In this document: one piece after another, positions 35,482 through 45,715 of the stretch
How positions within the stretch are numbered: the stretch's first letter is position 1
Layout: each line of letters opens with the position of its first letter
Sequence record: PV662128.1
Length of the DNA: 64,000 nucleotides
Direction: 5' to 3' (one strand)
Position numbers and translations under genes: made by a program
Notes under the pieces: model-generated
What the model was told of the DNA's origin: nothing
Database searches by the model: none
Seen by the model: only the letters and a program-made list of their open reading frames with translations

Positions 35482-36870
35482 ATGAATAACTTGAACAAAC
35501 TTTATCTGTCCATGCTGGAAGCTTGGGGTGCTAAAATGGAACCCGATCATAGTCTGGTTATGGTTCTGGATGGAGAGAAGTACCCTATTAAGGTTGATGG
35601 AATGAATGTCTATCTCCCGGTAGACACGGTTCTGGATGGTAACACCATGGATAAAGTTTTCTTCCATCCGGCCTGCGAGAGCATCATCAGCCGCGAAACA
35701 GAGATCTTTAAAGTCATTCGTAAACTGACTGGCATGAAGCTTCTGGATACCTTTAAAAAGCTCCCCCTGGTCCTGTTCAATGTCGCGTCAAAACGTTCCA
35801 ACAAAAATCTGCGCAGTGATCTGGTTGATATCATCGATCCTTTACGCGACGTCAAAGAAGCAACGCGTAAAGAAGTAATGAATCTGTTTGAACAAATGCG
35901 TGTCGATCTCGAAGAGAACGCAACTGTCGACAATCGTTTCATTCATTTCCAAACGACCCGTGGCGGCCGCAGTAAAGTAGGTGGGGAAAAGATCTGTTAT
36001 AAAGCTAAACCCATTTTCCCTTTCTATTCGGAAATGTCTAAAAAGCTGAATCGCAGCGAAGGTCTTCCGGATAACCAATCTGTTGATGTTAATGGATGTC
36101 AGATTAGTGTGGGTGGGCTCCGAATCGCAGTGGGTATCTTTAAAGCGGTGTTCCCGGAAATCGATACGCCGGACTTCTACGAGTTCGAATATCATCATCC
36201 GGACGCCGCTCGACTCTGTGCGTTCTCTGGGGCGTATGTCAACGTGGCTGAATCCATCAACTCTCTGCAGAACTCGTTCCGTACTGAGTTCGATAAGGTT
36301 GGAGTGTATGGGTTGGAAGTGGGCTTCTTTGAGAAGATGGATAATATCTCCGAATTCTACAAACAAGTTCCTGCCATGAACTATAACTCCCAGAATACGG
36401 TGGCTGATAGTTCATCAGGTAAATCACATTTGATCGACCAGGTGATCAACACTCAGTCGGTGATTAACCAGAATCAGCCGCAGCAGAACCCCCAACAACA
36501 TATCGGTGGTGACAGCAACAACGGTTTCCGTTCCGTTGTAGAAGCCAGCATGCAGCCTGGTGAAGTTTATCAGGGTTGGTATTACGACCAGAACACGTCG
36601 TTCTATATCCACACAACGATGTCTACTGCCGGTCAGGTAAGCTATCGGATAACTCGCGCCGGCAACTTACTCAGCCGAGAATATAACGGGGTACCTCAGC
36701 AGCAAGGGATGTATCAGGGTTACGGTCCGTATTATCAGCAGCAGTATATGCAGCCTATCGCTTACGCTAACATGGGAGCGCCTCAGCAACAATATGTGGT
36801 GGCCACTCCTCAGATGCAGCAATCGGTTGTGAACACCGGTTATCAGCAGCCGTCCATTGTGACTTTCTAA
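35482..36870 (+). CDS. Conserved protein (phiKZ gp70 position) with Q/Y/N-rich C-terminus
   Basis: Synteny; low-complexity tail QQNPQQ...YGPYYQQQYMQP. Confidence 0.65.
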   Translation: MNNLNKLYLSMLEAWGAKMEPDHSLVMVLDGEKYPIKVDGMNVYLPVDTVLDGNTMDKVFFHPACESIISRETEIFKVIRKLTGMKLLDTFKKLPLVLFNVASKRSNKNLRSDLVDIIDPLRDVKEATRKEVMNLFEQMRVDLEENATVDNRFIHFQTTRGGRSKVGGEKICYKAKPIFPFYSEMSKKLNRSEGLPDNQSVDVNGCQISVGGLRIAVGIFKAVFPEIDTPDFYEFEYHHPDAARLCAFSGAYVNVAESINSLQNSFRTEFDKVGVYGLEVGFFEKMDNISEFYKQVPAMNYNSQNTVADSSSGKSHLIDQVINTQSVINQNQPQQNPQQHIGGDSNNGFRSVVEASMQPGEVYQGWYYDQNTSFYIHTTMSTAGQVSYRITRAGNLLSREYNGVPQQQGMYQGYGPYYQQQYMQPIAYANMGAPQQQYVVATPQMQQSVVNTGYQQPSIVTF

Positions 36871-36881
36871 CTTAACCTGTG

Positions 36882-36916
36882 TAGTGAATGGGGAAATCCC
36901 CATTCACTATTTTTTT
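36882..36916 (+). terminator. Intrinsic terminator
   Basis: tagtgaatgggg-aaat-ccccattcacta plus T tract. Confidence 0.85.
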
Positions 36917-36926
36917 GGGATAAAAT

Positions 36927-37277
36927 ATGCGATCTGTCGTTTTAACTAAAGATTATTTGCTTTACTGGGAAAAACAAAACCGCATTACGGTCAGAAATAT
37001 TGTAAATCTCCTCAACGTTAAACCGATTTACGGAGAGCTTTTATCTGATCTTCATGCCAGAGTGGATTCAGAAAGGCTCACCGTTGAATTTCGTAACGTC
37101 GTGGCGAAGTTTGAAAGATTTAAACTAACCCCCCAATTGAATATTGAAGCGGACGTTTCTTTCATGGGAAGCCTAAAAGAAAACACGCCTCCCTCCTCCG
37201 ACGTGGTTTACCACGCCAGAGGGTTTTTAATGGGAGAACGTTTAAATCTTGTGGCGATCGATATTTCGTTAAAATAA
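36927..37277 (+). CDS. Hypothetical protein
   Basis: GGGA RBS, 116 aa. Confidence 0.6.
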   Translation: MRSVVLTKDYLLYWEKQNRITVRNIVNLLNVKPIYGELLSDLHARVDSERLTVEFRNVVAKFERFKLTPQLNIEADVSFMGSLKENTPPSSDVVYHARGFLMGERLNLVAIDISLK

Positions 37278-37311
37278 ATTAAAACTACACATTGTATCTT
37301 AAGTGACTATG

Positions 37312-37635
37312 CTAACTTAACCTCTGAGTGTTGGCTTTGGAGATTAAGTTATCGACGATTTGCTGGTCGACATAAAGAAAAGTAGTCATCCCGCTAACAT
37401 CTTGACTGGGATCCGTGATTTTATTTAAAAAACAAGTTATCCATCTCATTTCAATGGGTATATTGTGCGCCCTTAAAACACGACTAAAATCGTATTTGTG
37501 CGCATTAAGAAAACTTCTATCGGAGATAACCTGGGTCTTAGCCATGGACGTTAAATAATCGATGTTGCTGCGTAATAAGACCTTGGTATCCTCGGAGAAG
37601 TAAACGTCATCAACGGTGACAAAATTACTGAACAT
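37312..37635 (-). CDS. Conserved small protein, possibly baseplate wedge/LysM-like
   Basis: AAGGAG RBS; KYDFSRVLRAHNIPIEMRWIT resembles a conserved chimallivirus motif; function is inference. Confidence 0.6.
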   Translation of the reverse strand: MFSNFVTVDDVYFSEDTKVLLRSNIDYLTSMAKTQVISDRSFLNAHKYDFSRVLRAHNIPIEMRWITCFLNKITDPSQDVSGMTTFLYVDQQIVDNLISKANTQRLS

Positions 37636-37655
37636 AAGCTAACTCCTTTAAGACC

Positions 37656-37672
37656 TATATCATCGCGACGTA
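37656..37672 (+). promoter_or_regulatory. Promoter-like motif upstream of nvRNAP beta
   Basis: TATATCAT-N6-GTA. Confidence 0.5.
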
Positions 37673-37710
37673 CCACAACTTTAGGAATAACAACGATAGA
37701 GGCGCATTTC

Positions 37711-39822
37711 ATGGCAGAAAAATTAGTCTATAAGAAACCCATAAATCAGCTTAAGCCAGAGTTGATGTCCATCAATATTAACTTGAACTCATTTCCCTGG
37801 TCTGTTTCGTCGTCACGTCAGTATATGTTGGGCGGTAACGTAGCTAAAGCGGTTTCTATACAGGGTGCGACAACAAGACGCAATCCTACTGGTTTCGAAC
37901 CAGAATATGCTAAGTACGCTCGTAAAGTCGTAGCGCCATCAAACATGACTGTGGAGAGAACATTTTATCAGCGATCTCTACAGCCGGGGACCAATCTTGC
38001 GGATGATTGGGCGGAGATCCACGTTATCTTCTTTAATGAAGAGCATCAGCTTTATGATCTCTTAACTATACCGCGATTTAACACGCAGAATACTTACGTT
38101 GGGTTTGAGTACAAACTTAACAAAGATAACCTTCGTAAACTCAGTACGGAAGCTCCGACCTTTAAGAAAGGTGATGTGTTTGCGTATTCTCCAAATATCA
38201 GCGACACTGGAGAGTGGATGTTTGGTACGGAGGCGATGGTTTGTGGGATGACCGCACCTTATACCGAGGAAGACGGAATTGCAATCACTGAGAGCTTTGC
38301 TCGTAAGCTGACTAGCATCTTCCAACATTCTCGTAAGTTCTCCTGGAACGAAGCAGAGTACGTCCCCCTGAATCTTTATGGAACATTAGATTCTCCACGG
38401 CCTTTCCCTGAGAACGGAGAAAGTGTTCGTAGCGACGGAATCGTCATGGGTTTCCGTAGACGTGACACTTCGAGCGCTCTGGTGGGTTTAACCAAAAAAG
38501 CACTCATGCGTCCTGATCAAACTTACGATATTCTTTTCTACGCACCTAAAGACTGCGTTGTTAAAAACGTCTCTGTGAAATCGGATCGCTATAAGAACGT
38601 TTCTAATAACAAACGTCAGGAGAAGATTACTCAGCCGCACACTCAGTTGCTGGAACGTTATGAACAGCGTTCTAACCAAATGGCGTTTGAGGTCCAGGAA
38701 TGGTATTATCGGATGGATGCGAAGTTTAAGGATTCCGACCTTCCTTTCACCCATGCGCTCGAAGAGTTCATCTCTAAGCAATTGGGGGATGTCACTAAAA
38801 ACTTCGCTACCGGCAAATATAATCAGGTTAAACGAACCCACCGCAATAAGGCGCTTTTGGATTGGAACGTCGAGATTACTTTAAAGGAAAGAGTCACTGC
38901 GCGTAAACGTTTTAAAATTACCGACACTCAAGGTGCAAAAGGCGTAATCGTTCACATTATACCCGATGCTAACGCACCACGATACGCCGATGGACGCCGA
39001 TCAGAAGTCATCATTAACAACACTCCTGCTTTTAGACGTCAGATCTTTTCAGCGTTAATAGAAGCCGGAGTTAACTTAATAGGCTTGGAGATAGAAAACA
39101 GGATCAGGATTCTCGTTGCTCAAAACGGAGGGTATAAGAAAGCCTATCAGGAGCTCATTAAGTTTTATCGTTCTACTGCTCCGGAGTTTGCTGATATCGT
39201 TGACGCCGCTCTCCCTACGGAAGAAGAGCAATTTGATCACGTTGACTTTGTGTTGAGTGATAAGATCTGTGTTCAACGTCGAAGTGACACCCAGCTGTAT
39301 GGGGCTGACATTTTGAGATTGATGCGTGAGACCTATCCGGATATCAAACCTCAAAAGGCAATCTACGTTAACGAACTCGGCCAGGAAATCACCACCATGT
39401 TCCCGGTCAGTATCAGTAGCATGTATTACATTCTGTTAGATAAGTTCGGTAACGACATGAGCTGTCAGTCATTCCCTAAACGTAACGTGTACGGCTTGCC
39501 GTCTAAGTTGAATCATGGCGATCGTTATAGGGATTGGCACCGTGCTCAACCAGGCCGTAATATGGGCGAGGCAGAATCACGTCAGAAGAATACTCAGATG
39601 GGGGGAGAAGAAGTTGTAAGGCAGTTGGCGGCAGCTAACTCCCCTTACGTTTGTATCATGATGACGAAGCGTATTATTCGGGCTAATAACCCGTTTCGAA
39701 TTAAAACCATTATTAAACCTGAAGAGTATGCGATGAGCCGATCTTTGGGAATGACAATGAATTTACTTAACGACGCGGGTTATACTTTACGTAAGGAAAA
39801 AGACAGTGATCTTACTTCGTGA
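37711..39822 (+). CDS. nvRNAP beta subunit, C-terminal part (phiKZ gp71-73-like), uninterrupted
   Basis: YTEEDGIAI, FKITDTQGAKGVI, PGRNMGEAE match conserved beta-subunit motifs. Confidence 0.9.
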   Translation: MAEKLVYKKPINQLKPELMSININLNSFPWSVSSSRQYMLGGNVAKAVSIQGATTRRNPTGFEPEYAKYARKVVAPSNMTVERTFYQRSLQPGTNLADDWAEIHVIFFNEEHQLYDLLTIPRFNTQNTYVGFEYKLNKDNLRKLSTEAPTFKKGDVFAYSPNISDTGEWMFGTEAMVCGMTAPYTEEDGIAITESFARKLTSIFQHSRKFSWNEAEYVPLNLYGTLDSPRPFPENGESVRSDGIVMGFRRRDTSSALVGLTKKALMRPDQTYDILFYAPKDCVVKNVSVKSDRYKNVSNNKRQEKITQPHTQLLERYEQRSNQMAFEVQEWYYRMDAKFKDSDLPFTHALEEFISKQLGDVTKNFATGKYNQVKRTHRNKALLDWNVEITLKERVTARKRFKITDTQGAKGVIVHIIPDANAPRYADGRRSEVIINNTPAFRRQIFSALIEAGVNLIGLEIENRIRILVAQNGGYKKAYQELIKFYRSTAPEFADIVDAALPTEEEQFDHVDFVLSDKICVQRRSDTQLYGADILRLMRETYPDIKPQKAIYVNELGQEITTMFPVSISSMYYILLDKFGNDMSCQSFPKRNVYGLPSKLNHGDRYRDWHRAQPGRNMGEAESRQKNTQMGGEEVVRQLAAANSPYVCIMMTKRIIRANNPFRIKTIIKPEEYAMSRSLGMTMNLLNDAGYTLRKEKDSDLTS

Positions 39823-41785
39823 TTATGCGAATCTGACCGAACGAGAGCTCCTGACCAAATGGTGGAAGAATCGTGTTAAAGTTGTGGTTAAGGATGACCA
39901 CGGTGAAACACTAGAAACCGATTCTTACGTGTTGATGGTGAATTGGTATGGATTATCGATTCACCGAGCCTATAACAAAATCCCTTATTCCATACAAGAG
40001 ATATTCCAAGCCAAAGTCTGGAATGACAAAACGATACAGCGGCCCATTAACTGGTTCCTCCAAAATCAGTTGATGCCGTTAATTGATGATCCGGTTGAAA
40101 CTGATCGGATCAAGCAAATGATTTACGAGTGGCAGATCAAGCTTAATAACTTCTTGCACTTCTTTGGGCAGGGTGCTGAGATATCGGCATTGGGGTACGA
40201 TATACTCGACGTTATGGATCATCCTTTGATGAAGAGTATCAAGGAACGTATCCATTCCCTTGATATCACCATCGATGAAGGGGAAAACGAATTCAAGGCA
40301 CTAATATTAGGTCATGAAGATTTCGACAACAACACCTTTGCGTTACTTGCTCGAACGGGTTCAGTCTCGGTAAACCAAGGTTTCCAAACGGTCATCATCA
40401 GGGGATCGGTGTTCGATCTGAACAACCAAATCCTACCTAACCCGGTGGAGACTTCATTTGCTGAAGGTCTGGTTAACTTGGCTGACGCTCAAGGGGAGTC
40501 AAAATCAGCGGGTAAGGCTCTCATCAGTAACGGCCGTGCTTTGGAAGACTCAGAATGGTTCCATAGGAAACTACATATTGTAACTTCTGTGGTGACTGAT
40601 CTGCAGCATCAAACCGATTGTGGGACAACTTTCACGGTACCGATTAAAATTCTTTCCAGGGATATGCTTTCTGCTATGAAAGGGAAGTATATTGTGGAAG
40701 AAGGTAAGTTGGTCTTATTAACCGATCAAACAATTAAACGTTACCATAAAGGCGACGTTCTTAATATGAGGTCGGTTAAAGGATGTCTCACTCATACTCC
40801 TGGATCTCCCTGTGGGGTATGTTACGGTAAGATGAAGGCGTCCATACCGTACAACGTCATCATGATGAAATCTGCAAACCCCGGCATGTATTCCGCCACG
40901 GCTATTGCAGAACGTATTGGTCAGGCTCTTCTCTCGACCAAACACTTTATGAGACATACTCAGACTATTCCGTTCTTTGTTAAACCAACAGATGCGGATG
41001 TGATTTTCTCTGATACTAACTACATCTTCTTAAATAAAGAAATGTGTCGTAAAGGAACTAAGGTCATATTGGATGGGCTGATTGGAAGCGAGCTTTCTGA
41101 CTTCCGAAATCTGGAATCTCTGGATGAGATCAATTTTGATCAGCTGCGGACTTTCCCTTCTGTTGCATTTGAATATGAAACAGAAGACCCGATGACCGAA
41201 GGTATTGCGATCACACAACGTAATATCACAACATCCGTATCCTCTCGTAGTGCAAGGATGTCAAGAGAGTTTATCGAGTACGCCATCGTTAAAGGTTGGG
41301 AGAAAGATAAAAAGTTGATTACCGTCGACCTGTCTGATTATCGTAGTGAGGACCCCCTGTTCTTCCTTCCTTATGTGCATGAGGACCTGGATCAGTATCG
41401 TCGTCAAATCGAAGGATTCGTCTCTTTCTCCAATCGTAACAACGCCTGGAAACAAAGAGAAATAACCCCTGAGATCTTCGGTGAGGTCTTAGGAGAAATG
41501 TGGAGCTTGGTAAACCGTAAGTTTGCCGGGATCAACATTATTCACTCCGAGATCATCCTCTACTCCCTGTTAACCAGGGATCCGTTTAACGGATTGTATA
41601 GGATACCTAGAGGTGACGAGCCCCAGTATTTCTCCGCTTTCACGCATTGCATTAACAATCGAGGAATAGGGACCCTGGCGATTTACCAGAAGCAAAATCA
41701 GATACTCGAATCCCCTGAGACGTACGATATTAAAGAACGTCAAGGAGGTGCCTTTGAGTGTTATCTGGCTCCAGCTGTCCTATAA
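39806..41785 (+). CDS. nvRNAP beta-prime C-terminal subunit (phiKZ gp74-like)
   Basis: Bridge-helix-like ALEDSEWFHRKL, Zn site C..CGVC, trigger-loop-like IGQALLSTKH. Confidence 0.88.
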   Translation: MILLRDYANLTERELLTKWWKNRVKVVVKDDHGETLETDSYVLMVNWYGLSIHRAYNKIPYSIQEIFQAKVWNDKTIQRPINWFLQNQLMPLIDDPVETDRIKQMIYEWQIKLNNFLHFFGQGAEISALGYDILDVMDHPLMKSIKERIHSLDITIDEGENEFKALILGHEDFDNNTFALLARTGSVSVNQGFQTVIIRGSVFDLNNQILPNPVETSFAEGLVNLADAQGESKSAGKALISNGRALEDSEWFHRKLHIVTSVVTDLQHQTDCGTTFTVPIKILSRDMLSAMKGKYIVEEGKLVLLTDQTIKRYHKGDVLNMRSVKGCLTHTPGSPCGVCYGKMKASIPYNVIMMKSANPGMYSATAIAERIGQALLSTKHFMRHTQTIPFFVKPTDADVIFSDTNYIFLNKEMCRKGTKVILDGLIGSELSDFRNLESLDEINFDQLRTFPSVAFEYETEDPMTEGIAITQRNITTSVSSRSARMSREFIEYAIVKGWEKDKKLITVDLSDYRSEDPLFFLPYVHEDLDQYRRQIEGFVSFSNRNNAWKQREITPEIFGEVLGEMWSLVNRKFAGINIIHSEIILYSLLTRDPFNGLYRIPRGDEPQYFSAFTHCINNRGIGTLAIYQKQNQILESPETYDIKERQGGAFECYLAPAVL

Positions 41786-41801
41786 ACAATAGGAGTTAAC
41801 C

Positions 41802-44432
41802 GTGCGTAAGACGGTGGTCATTAACAAAGCGCACAATTACCTCAGAATAACGGATTATTCTGAGGAGTTTGTGAACAGAGTGATAATGCCGTTCTGTCGA
41901 CGGTATCTTTATAAGTACGCCAAAAAACCCATCCCCGGAACAAGAAAAACTCAGAGTTACGTGAGTCATGTGTTCGCTCGTATGAATAATGACAAAACGG
42001 AATTCCGTATATCCGCGGGTCTTCTAAAAGAATTCCTGAGTTTTATGGAATATTGCGGGTATGCTCCTAACAGGGCAGAAATCCGAGATGTCCCTGAAAT
42101 TGTTCCGACTAAGGTAGAGTTCGAATGGAAAAAACCCTTTGGAGAAAGACGAGACCACCAAGTGGAATGGTGCGAATATCATTTAGCTTCAGGGGGTATC
42201 AAGGTTAATAATGCTGGGACAGGGCAGGGTAAAGCCGGAGTACTGTCTTCACGTATCAAAATCCCTGGTGGTTGGAGCACCATGGGAGAGATGAAAGTCG
42301 GGATGAAGGTTATAGCCTGGGATGGAACTGTCGCCAGAGTGAATGGGGTTTATCCCCAAGGTGTAACTAAAGTTTACCGAGTGCATTTCGGCGATGGACG
42401 TTATACCGACGTTAACCCAGATCACCTATGGAAGGTCTACGACGTTAGTTTATCAAAAAGTCTGAGAACCAGAGCTTACTCTGAATTAACTCAGGAAGAG
42501 AAAGATAATCACCGGTGGAGGATCTATACTACCGCTGAACTTATCGAACGTTTAAAATTGTCGGAACCTAGACTTTACATCCCTCTGTGTTTATCCGAAC
42601 AGAATCCCGATGCCAAGCTCCCAATGGATCCTTATCTGTTAGGAGTCATCTTAGGAGATGGCTGTACCAAGTCCACCACCCCAACTATAACCAAACCTTA
42701 CCAACAACTCTTTGATAAAATCCAGTCTAAGTTACCTGATTGGATGGAATGTAACTGGATGGACAAAAAGAAGGGGAGTTTTAGCTTAAAGCGCAAAAGC
42801 CAGCTAGGCGGGGATAGGAGTAATTGGGTAAATAAAGCTCTGATATCGATGGATGTCATGGGCCTTAGGTCTTGGGAGAAGTTTATACCTGACGTTTACT
42901 TCAATGGTTCTACGGAGCAGCGTTTAGAGCTCCTCAGAGGGCTGCTGGATACTGACGGAACGGTAGGAAAGAATAAATCCGTTTCTTTCAGTAGTTCGTC
43001 TGAAAAACTTTCTAAAGGTGTTCAGTACTTAGTTCGTAGTTTGGGGGGGATTGCTAAGATATCTAACCGGATTACTCACTATACGTATAAAGGAGAACGT
43101 AAAGAGGGGAGGATGGATTATCGAGTATTCATTCGATTCCCTAACCCTGAATTGTTATTTACGCTAGACCACAAAAAAGAGAGGGCGAATAAAGGTCAGT
43201 ACTCGAATATCCTTAAATTAAGGGTAGTTGACATCGAGGAAAGGCCCGATGAAGAGACTCAGTGTATTTCAATAGACCATCCAGACCGTTTATACGTTAC
43301 GGATGGTTTCATTGTAACTCACAACACCTACATGTCTACCGACACAATGGTGAATATGGGTGTGAGAACTCTTATCACCGCCCTGCCTAGATATATTCCT
43401 ATATGGAGCAAATCTCTCTTCGAATACCTTAATCTCAAAGTTGAGGATGTGGTTTACGTCGAGTCTGGGGAAATAGAAGAGGTTGCAGAAAATATTCAGA
43501 AAGGGATTATTAATCCCAAAGTTATTATTTTGCCGCTGACCAGGATAGATACCCACTATAAACGGATGAGAGAGGATGACACCGTTCCAGACTTAGATGA
43601 ACTCTACGCTAAGATGGGAATCGGGTTGAGGATCATGGATGAAGGACACGAATCTGTTTATCAGGTTTATATGTCCATGCTTTACGGTAATTTCTCCAAG
43701 ACCCTGGCGTTGTCAGCAACCCTGAAAGCGGATGATCAATTGATTAACAGGATCTATAGTTATATTTATCCTTACAACATTCGTTTAAAGGAAGGAGAGC
43801 AGAAGAAATACATCGATGTTTATGCTTACCATCACTGGATTGATATTAGGAAGTTCAGGATTAACCCCAGAGGATTTGGGGGGTATAACCACGTGAAGTT
43901 CGAACAAGGGATTATGAAGTCCCCTTACCTGCTCGGTAGGTATTACGAACTCTGTAAACAGGCGTTTGAAGAGTTTTATGTCAAAGACTTGTTACCCGAG
44001 CAAAAAGCCCTCTGGTTCTTTGCGACGGTAGAAATGTGTGTCAACATGTTGGAGTTCTTTAAAAGGGACTACCCGGAAATGGATTTCGGGAAATACACCA
44101 ACGAGGAATCGTCTAAGGCGGATACCAAGGATAATTACCTCAAGCACCAAGTCCTGATTACCACTCCTCAGAGTTGCAGCACCGGTAAAGATATTGAGAA
44201 ACTCTACGTGGCGTTTAGTCCCTATGCGGTTTCTTCTAAACAGCGTAACGCTCAGTCATTAGGGCGTTTAAGGGAAATAACGAAATGGTGGCCCGATCTT
44301 TCTCCTAAGTACGTTTACTTCGTTTGTCAGAATGTGGACAAGCAAGTTGACTACCATCGCAAGCGAATGGAGGAGTTCGCCAACAAAGCGAAGAGCATTA
44401 CCAATATCAATAGCGGGCATTCCATTCCTTAG
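41802..44432 (+). CDS. SF2 helicase (phiKZ gp75-like) with intein
   Basis: Walker A GTGQGK/T split by the intein, Walker B MDEGHE, motif III SAT, motif VI QSLGRLR. Confidence 0.88.
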   Translation: MRKTVVINKAHNYLRITDYSEEFVNRVIMPFCRRYLYKYAKKPIPGTRKTQSYVSHVFARMNNDKTEFRISAGLLKEFLSFMEYCGYAPNRAEIRDVPEIVPTKVEFEWKKPFGERRDHQVEWCEYHLASGGIKVNNAGTGQGKAGVLSSRIKIPGGWSTMGEMKVGMKVIAWDGTVARVNGVYPQGVTKVYRVHFGDGRYTDVNPDHLWKVYDVSLSKSLRTRAYSELTQEEKDNHRWRIYTTAELIERLKLSEPRLYIPLCLSEQNPDAKLPMDPYLLGVILGDGCTKSTTPTITKPYQQLFDKIQSKLPDWMECNWMDKKKGSFSLKRKSQLGGDRSNWVNKALISMDVMGLRSWEKFIPDVYFNGSTEQRLELLRGLLDTDGTVGKNKSVSFSSSSEKLSKGVQYLVRSLGGIAKISNRITHYTYKGERKEGRMDYRVFIRFPNPELLFTLDHKKERANKGQYSNILKLRVVDIEERPDEETQCISIDHPDRLYVTDGFIVTHNTYMSTDTMVNMGVRTLITALPRYIPIWSKSLFEYLNLKVEDVVYVESGEIEEVAENIQKGIINPKVIILPLTRIDTHYKRMREDDTVPDLDELYAKMGIGLRIMDEGHESVYQVYMSMLYGNFSKTLALSATLKADDQLINRIYSYIYPYNIRLKEGEQKKYIDVYAYHHWIDIRKFRINPRGFGGYNHVKFEQGIMKSPYLLGRYYELCKQAFEEFYVKDLLPEQKALWFFATVEMCVNMLEFFKRDYPEMDFGKYTNEESSKADTKDNYLKHQVLITTPQSCSTGKDIEKLYVAFSPYAVSSKQRNAQSLGRLREITKWWPDLSPKYVYFVCQNVDKQVDYHRKRMEEFANKAKSITNINSGHSIP
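42234..43325 (+). mobile_element. Class 3 intein (364 aa) with LAGLIDADG homing endonuclease
   Basis: Starts with Ala (AGVLSSRIKIP); block B DHLW; LLGVILGDG and LLRGLLDTDG; block F TQCI; block G IVTHN/T. Confidence 0.93.
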
Positions 44433-44445
44433 AATTTTTCAGTAC

Positions 44446-44462
44446 TAAATTATGACTAGGTC
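44446..44462 (+). promoter_or_regulatory. Promoter-like motif (weaker)
   Basis: AGAA-N11-TAAATTAT-N6-GTC. Confidence 0.4.
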
Positions 44463-44521
44463 AAGAGCTGGGGGTTTCCTCAGCTCCCACCTATTATGCA
44501 TTTACAAATTTAGGAGGAACG

Positions 44522-44974
44522 ATGATGCGTTCCGTCATGATCATAAGAGCAGGAAAGGAGATCGAACCCTTTGCATTGGAAGCCTTGATTGCTGGCATTT
44601 TGGACTACACGATGCATCAGAAACTTGAAGATGCGTATGAGATTATGGACTCTTTACTGTCGAACATTGTCACGGATAGTTTGGACGAACTTAATGACAA
44701 AATGCTCGAACCCACCACTCGGCCTCTTTCCATATACGAGAAGGAAAAATATCAGCATTATTTGAACGAAAAGAAGAACGAACGTTATATTCGTTTCTTC
44801 CAATTACGTCAACGTACTCTGAGTGCTTTCTCGACGTTTCTTGAAAACTTTAACGACCCCATCCTATCTATGTCTAAAGGTAATGATCTTTTACCCAAGT
44901 TGGAAGCCGAGCGAAATAATATTTTGTTCGTCTCATTAGAGCAGAAGAAGAATGGAACCAAAACAAAACAATAG
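44522..44974 (+). CDS. Hypothetical protein
   Basis: AGGAGG RBS. Confidence 0.7.
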   Translation: MMRSVMIIRAGKEIEPFALEALIAGILDYTMHQKLEDAYEIMDSLLSNIVTDSLDELNDKMLEPTTRPLSIYEKEKYQHYLNEKKNERYIRFFQLRQRTLSAFSTFLENFNDPILSMSKGNDLLPKLEAERNNILFVSLEQKKNGTKTKQ

Positions 44975-45350
44975 CCTGATTTCGGTATTGCGATCTCGCT
45001 CCAATTATTCTGAGGAAGGAGGCTTGGTAGCTGGAGAATATCTGGCGGATTATTTGGAAAACGCCATTATTCAAGAGCATATGGATTTGGGTTATTTAAG
45101 AAACATGTGTTATGAACAGGCGTTAATGGGCAACAGGTCATTAACAAAACCGGGCTGGATGCATCCAGCCCTCTCTTACGACGCAAGTGACGTCTGTGAC
45201 GATTTATTTACAGAAGCGATGGAAATACTCGCTGAGGTTAATAATGACGTCACAGAGGCTCTGAATTGCATTAATTCGATTTCCTTTAAACGTACTTCCC
45301 GGCTCCTCTTTAGTACCGGAAGTGTAATTATGATAAAAACCCAATGGTAA
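44952..45350 (+). CDS. Hypothetical protein
   Basis: Overlapping operon. Confidence 0.65.
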   Translation: MEPKQNNSLISVLRSRSNYSEEGGLVAGEYLADYLENAIIQEHMDLGYLRNMCYEQALMGNRSLTKPGWMHPALSYDASDVCDDLFTEAMEILAEVNNDVTEALNCINSISFKRTSRLLFSTGSVIMIKTQW

Positions 45351-45715
45351 ACAGAATAAGAAGTTTGATTAGGGTCAGTGTCCCGGCAGACATCCCCTGG
45401 GCTTCTGATTCGAGGTTGTACCACGCCAGCGCGTTATTCTTTGAACGCTGGATTTACTATGGTGATTTCTCTCCTGAAGCTTACGACGAACTCTTTATCG
45501 ATGTCGAATCTTTATTTGAGAAACCACCGAAATTAGATGTCAATGAGATGTTTGATGAATGTTTACTCTTAGTGGAAAACATTCGTAATGACGAACTTAA
45601 CAGTGAAGTGAAACATCTTATTGAGAGCAGTCGTTTTAAGGTATCGGTTGAGGGCACGAAGCTCATCAATTGGGATCATCAACGTTTTTTAATCTTAGTG
45701 GAAACTTTAACATGA
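45344..45715 (+). CDS. Hypothetical protein
   Basis: Overlapping operon. Confidence 0.65.
   Translation: MVNRIRSLIRVSVPADIPWASDSRLYHASALFFERWIYYGDFSPEAYDELFIDVESLFEKPPKLDVNEMFDECLLLVENIRNDELNSEVKHLIESSRFKVSVEGTKLINWDHQRFLILVETLT

Noticed and set aside
37711-41785. Possible introns in the other nvRNAP subunits, as in some phiKZ relatives
   Set aside because: Both reading frames are continuous through their conserved motifs.
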